The position numbers were made by a program, and so were the translations under genes. Below are positions 60,285 through 64,000 of a stretch of 64,000 bases of DNA, piece by piece. The DNA lies in NCBI GenBank assembly GCA_965216635.1, contig OZ244188.1, forward strand, positions 1,312,001 through 1,376,000, written 5' to 3'. Under the pieces are notes generated by a model, which was not told the DNA's origin, did not search any database, and saw only the letters and a program-made list of their open reading frames with translations. Position 1 is the stretch's first letter, and each line of letters begins with the position of its first letter. Source of the DNA: a bacterium. Its GTDB lineage: Bacteria > SAR324 > XYD2-FULL-50-16 > G965216635.

Positions 60285-61265
60285 ATGGCTCTAGAAAAAA
60301 ATATTATAAATACTGGCAAGTATTTTTGTTTACAAAATTTCGCTTGTTTAAAAGTGGTGGGTAAAGATGCTAAAGTTTTTTTGCAAAACTTAATAGCCAA
60401 CGATATAGAGTTATTAGAAAAAAATAACAGCTTATCCTCTGTAATCACCAATACTTTAGGTAAAGTAAAATTTTTAGTTTTTATTCAAAAAACAGAACCA
60501 GAAAAAACAGAACCAGAAAAATTAGAGTTAGGATATTTTTTATTTTGTGAACCAGAAAATATCAAAAAATTACAAGATCATTTAGAATTTTTTCATATTA
60601 TAGAGGAAGTCCGCTTTATCACTGAAAAATCCAGAGAATTATTTTATCTTTTATCTACTAATCCTGAGAATACTTTTCCGCTGCAAGCATTAGAAAAGCA
60701 ATCACTAGAAAAGCAAGCCAATAGTCAATTAGCAAAAGAAGAAACTAACAATCATAAACCACCTCATTACAATATTTTTTTACAAGCACGTCATTACCTT
60801 TTATTGCAAGCAGACAAAGATGTTTTTATTCCATTTTTAGCAAAGCACAATATTACCCAAAGAATCGCTTCATCCGAATTAGAAAAATTAAGACCTATTT
60901 TTGCAATGAGTAAAGCGGGAGAAAATTTAGATTACGGTGAAAAAAATCTACCTCAGGAATGTGGCATGCATGATTTTATCAGTCTTACAAAAGGCTGTTT
61001 TGTAGGACAAGAGGGCATAGCTCGTCTACATTACAAAGGAAAAGTAATGCGAAGACTCTCGCAAATTATTTCTGAAAAACCACTAATGCAAGAAGATAAA
61101 ATCACTAACAAAAAACAAATTTTAGGCAGAATTACTTCTGTCTCTGCTATATCTTACTTAGGTGATTTTTATTCTTTGGGCTACATTAAAACTATGTTTC
61201 AAGAAAAAAAAGACGCTCTTTTTAGTACAAATGGGATAGTTGTCAAAAAAATCATCCCGTTGTAA
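60285..61265 (+). CDS. ygfZ: Folate-binding protein YgfZ/GcvT family
   Basis: GKDA..FLQ, KGCFVGQE..AR. Confidence 0.85.
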   Translation: MALEKNIINTGKYFCLQNFACLKVVGKDAKVFLQNLIANDIELLEKNNSLSSVITNTLGKVKFLVFIQKTEPEKTEPEKLELGYFLFCEPENIKKLQDHLEFFHIIEEVRFITEKSRELFYLLSTNPENTFPLQALEKQSLEKQANSQLAKEETNNHKPPHYNIFLQARHYLLLQADKDVFIPFLAKHNITQRIASSELEKLRPIFAMSKAGENLDYGEKNLPQECGMHDFISLTKGCFVGQEGIARLHYKGKVMRRLSQIISEKPLMQEDKITNKKQILGRITSVSAISYLGDFYSLGYIKTMFQEKKDALFSTNGIVVKKIIPL

Positions 61266-61296
61266 AAAAATTTTGAATCTGTTACCATAACAAACT

Positions 61297-62643
61297 ATGA
61301 AAAAACCAGACTGGAATCCGCACTCTTGGAATACAAAAGCTTTTGCAAAAAAACAACAGCCCCAATGGAGCAACGAAGACAAACTCAAAAAAATCGTTCA
61401 GAAAATCAAAAAATTACCTCCGCTTGTTTTTGCGGGCGAAATTAGAAATCTCAAAAAACATTTGGTGCGAGTAGGTCGCGGGGAAGCTTTTTTATTACAA
61501 GGAGGCAGTTGTGCTGAATCCTTTGAAGATTGTACTGCAATTGGCGTTCGTGAAGATTTAAAAGTTTTATTGCAGATGGCTTTAATTCTTAGTTATACTG
61601 GTAGCAAGCAGGTTATCAAAGTTGGCAGAATAGCGGGACAATTTGCAAAACCGCGTTCCAAAGATACAGAAACTATAGACGGGATAGAGCTACCTTCTTA
61701 CAGAGGAGATATGGTCAACCGATCGCAACACCAAGAACAATCCCGAATTCCCAATCCTGAAAATTTACTTCAAGCCTATTTTTATTCTGCATCAACCTTG
61801 AATCTTTTAAGAGCTTTTACCAAAGGAGGTTTTGCATCTTTGGAATGGATTGATCAATGGAATCAAAAATTTGTCAGAGCCACAAAGAAAGGAAAACTCT
61901 ACAAAAACATAGCTGCTGAAATAGAAAAAGCGATACAATTTTTCTCTACAATAGGAATATCCTCCCCAGAAATGTACGAGGTAGAATATTTTACTTCTCA
62001 CGAAGCTCTAATTTTGGAATACGAAGAGGCTTTAACTAGGCAAGACTCCCTTGCTACTTCTAAAGATTGGTATAACTGCAGTGCTCATTTTCTATGGATA
62101 GGTGATAGGACAAGAAATCTAGATAGTGCCCATTTAGAGCTTTTACGCGGAGTAGTCAATCCCATAGGTATCAAGGTAGGACCAAACCACGATGCGAAAG
62201 AAATTATTCAGCTGATAGAAAAACTCAATCCCTCCCAAGAAGAAGGAAAAATTGTTTTAATTACCCGCTTTGGACATAAAAACATCAAAACTTATTTAGC
62301 TCCTCTGATTCAAAAAGTTCTAAAAGCAGGACATCCGGTTGTTTGGAGTTGTGATCCTATGCACGGCAATACTTACTCAACAAAAAATCATAAAACTCGC
62401 AATTTTAAGGAAATTATGAAAGAAGTAGAAATTTTTTTTAAAATTCACCACGCAGAAGGAACGCACCCTGGAGGCATTCATGTAGAACTAACAGGACAAA
62501 ATGTAACCGAATGCGTCGGAGGTCTAAATCGTATTAGAGAAAAAGATTTATACCAAAATTATCTTACACAATGCGACCCCCGTTTGAACGCAGAACAAGG
62601 AATAGAGATGGCATTTAGAATTGCGTCTTTTTTCAAAAAGTAA
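61297..62643 (+). CDS. Class II DAHP synthase
   Basis: PPLVFAGE, GRIAGQFAKPRS, WIGDRTR, DPMHGNT, CDPRLN. Confidence 0.95.
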   Translation: MKKPDWNPHSWNTKAFAKKQQPQWSNEDKLKKIVQKIKKLPPLVFAGEIRNLKKHLVRVGRGEAFLLQGGSCAESFEDCTAIGVREDLKVLLQMALILSYTGSKQVIKVGRIAGQFAKPRSKDTETIDGIELPSYRGDMVNRSQHQEQSRIPNPENLLQAYFYSASTLNLLRAFTKGGFASLEWIDQWNQKFVRATKKGKLYKNIAAEIEKAIQFFSTIGISSPEMYEVEYFTSHEALILEYEEALTRQDSLATSKDWYNCSAHFLWIGDRTRNLDSAHLELLRGVVNPIGIKVGPNHDAKEIIQLIEKLNPSQEEGKIVLITRFGHKNIKTYLAPLIQKVLKAGHPVVWSCDPMHGNTYSTKNHKTRNFKEIMKEVEIFFKIHHAEGTHPGGIHVELTGQNVTECVGGLNRIREKDLYQNYLTQCDPRLNAEQGIEMAFRIASFFKK

Positions 62644-62670
62644 TTTTCTGCATTAGATAATTTTTTATAT

Positions 62671-62983
62671 TATAGACCTTTGAATTTGCCAAATAGGACA
62701 AAACTAGCTGTGACGGCTAGCCAAATGGTTAGAACAGGTGCGAAAAAAATTTTTAGCTCGCTGGAATACTGAAGAGCATTTCTTCACAAATGGCAAGAGT
62801 TAAAATTTTTTTTCAATGGCGTGGCAATAATGTGACCAGGGGCACTACAAAAATTAAAGCTAACACAATATAGACTGCAAAAGAGCCAAATGGTTATACC
62901 AGCGGCTCTTTTGCTAAAGCCTACATAGAGTGAAAGCAATAAGCTTGTTTTGGCTAAACAGAACGCAAATTCAAAGGTCTATA
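62671..62983 (+). mobile_element. Full-length MITE-like copy (313 bp)
   Basis: Perfect 19-bp TIR TATAGACCTTTGAATTTGC / GCAAATTCAAAGGTCTATA. Confidence 0.9.
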
Positions 62984-63114
62984 GAATTCTGGATTTAAAA
63001 CCTAATACTTGGGTTATGCAAGAATTGTTTTTTACTTGACAAAAATAGAATTTTTTACTACCCTGAAAGGGTAACCAATTTTAATGGTTTTTTTTTAAAT
63101 TCTACTGAAATAAT

Positions 63115-63162
63115 ATGAATAACATTAATATTACATTTTTTGATAAGGGCGGTGGTATGTAA
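63115..63162 (+). CDS. Putative 15-aa leader peptide MNNINITFFDKGGGM
   Basis: Hand-translated; resembles the uORF at 4544; TTGACA lies upstream at ~63036. Confidence 0.35.
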   Translation: MNNINITFFDKGGGM

Positions 63163-63178
63163 TTAGACATTAGTAAAA

Positions 63179-63283
63179 ATGGATTTAACAGAAACGGTTC
63201 TTGTTTTTCAAACTTGCTTCATATTTCTAGGAGTGTGCATTGCTTTTTACGGAGTTTTAAGTCATCAATGTGGAAACAATTAG
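63179..63283 (+). CDS. 34-aa single-TM peptide or truncated membrane-protein N-terminus
   Basis: MDLTETVLVFQTCFIFLGVCIAFYGVLSHQCGNN*. Confidence 0.4.
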   Translation: MDLTETVLVFQTCFIFLGVCIAFYGVLSHQCGNN

Positions 63284-63408
63284 GTCCCCCTTCTCTAAAA
63301 AAAAAGAATCCCTTTTTCTAAATTCATCCAAAACTTAATCTTTATTTCTACTGTTTTATTTTGTGTTAATGCAGCGGGTAATTTTCTGCATTAGATAATT
63401 TTTTATAT

Positions 63409-63724
63409 TATAGACCTTTGAATTTGCCAAATAGGACAAAACCAGCTGCGACGGCTAGCCAAATGGTTAGAACAGGTGCGAAAAAAATTTTTAGCTCGCA
63501 GCAATACTGAAGAGCATTTCTTCACAAATGGCAAGAGTTAAAATTTTTTTTCAATGGCGTAGTGCCACAATAATGTGACCAGGGGCACTACAAAACTTAA
63601 AGCTAACACAATATAGACTGCAAAAGAGCCAAATGGTTATACCAGCGGCTCTTTTGCTAAAGCCTACATAGGGTGAAAGCAATAAGCTTGCTTTGGCTAA
63701 ACAGAACGCAAATTCAAAGGTCTC
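63409..63724 (+). mobile_element. Full-length MITE-like copy, near-identical to 62671-62983
   Basis: Same TIRs and interior with few differences; shares 31 bp of 5' flank. Confidence 0.9.
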
Positions 63725-63767
63725 GTACTAATTTAAGAACTCGTCTTTTAAGTAAGCGCTCTAAAAA

Positions 63768-64000
63768 ATGAACAAACTAATAAATTCTATAAAATCTTTA
63801 TTCCTTAATAAAGATGTGATTGGTGAGATTAAAAAGTCAGGAAACAAAATTCAGGTTGTATTAAAAATTACTTTTAAAAAAGACAAGGATATTTTTATTT
63901 CCTATTGTCCAGCATTAGATTTAGCTGATTATGGAAAAACTTTAAAACTAGCAGAAAAGAATTTAAAAATAACCACAAAATTATTTTTAGATTCTTGTGT
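63768..64000 (+). CDS. HicB-like antitoxin-fold protein, 3'-partial
   Basis: Hand-translated ...FISYCPALDLADYGKTLKLAEKNL..., runs off the window. Confidence 0.6.
   Translation, partial: MNKLINSIKSLFLNKDVIGEIKKSGNKIQVVLKITFKKDKDIFISYCPALDLADYGKTLKLAEKNLKITTKLFLDSC

Overview
AT-rich bacterial chromosome segment from a Gram-negative organism (lptD, lolCD, bamA); taxonomy cannot be fixed from the sequence alone. The backbone is intact housekeeping genes: lon, ftsZ, pilD-like, mltD, dapE, argB, tRNA-Phe, livKHMGF, uvrB, murG, pseBCGHI, ftsH, ygfZ and a class II DAHP synthase. The main accessory feature is a type VI-A CRISPR locus with no cas1/cas2. It has a 14-repeat/13-spacer array (36-nt repeat) directly downstream of a ~1124-aa cas13a that retains both HEPN R-x4-H motifs but is split by a single -1 frameshift. 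Upstream are a triplicated promoter-like 78-mer and a divergent PLD-fold-like gene. About 15 copies or fragments of a modular palindromic MITE-like family sit in intergenic gaps, and five of them supply gene stop codons. Other items: a 2.4-kb integrase-less insert flanked by 34-bp direct repeats of the uvrB 3' end, a recurring 15-aa uORF plus DUF4760-like module, three toxin-antitoxin-type loci, several pseudogenes, and many threefold tandem duplications of promoter or start regions. Family assignments come from motif recognition only; no database searches were run.
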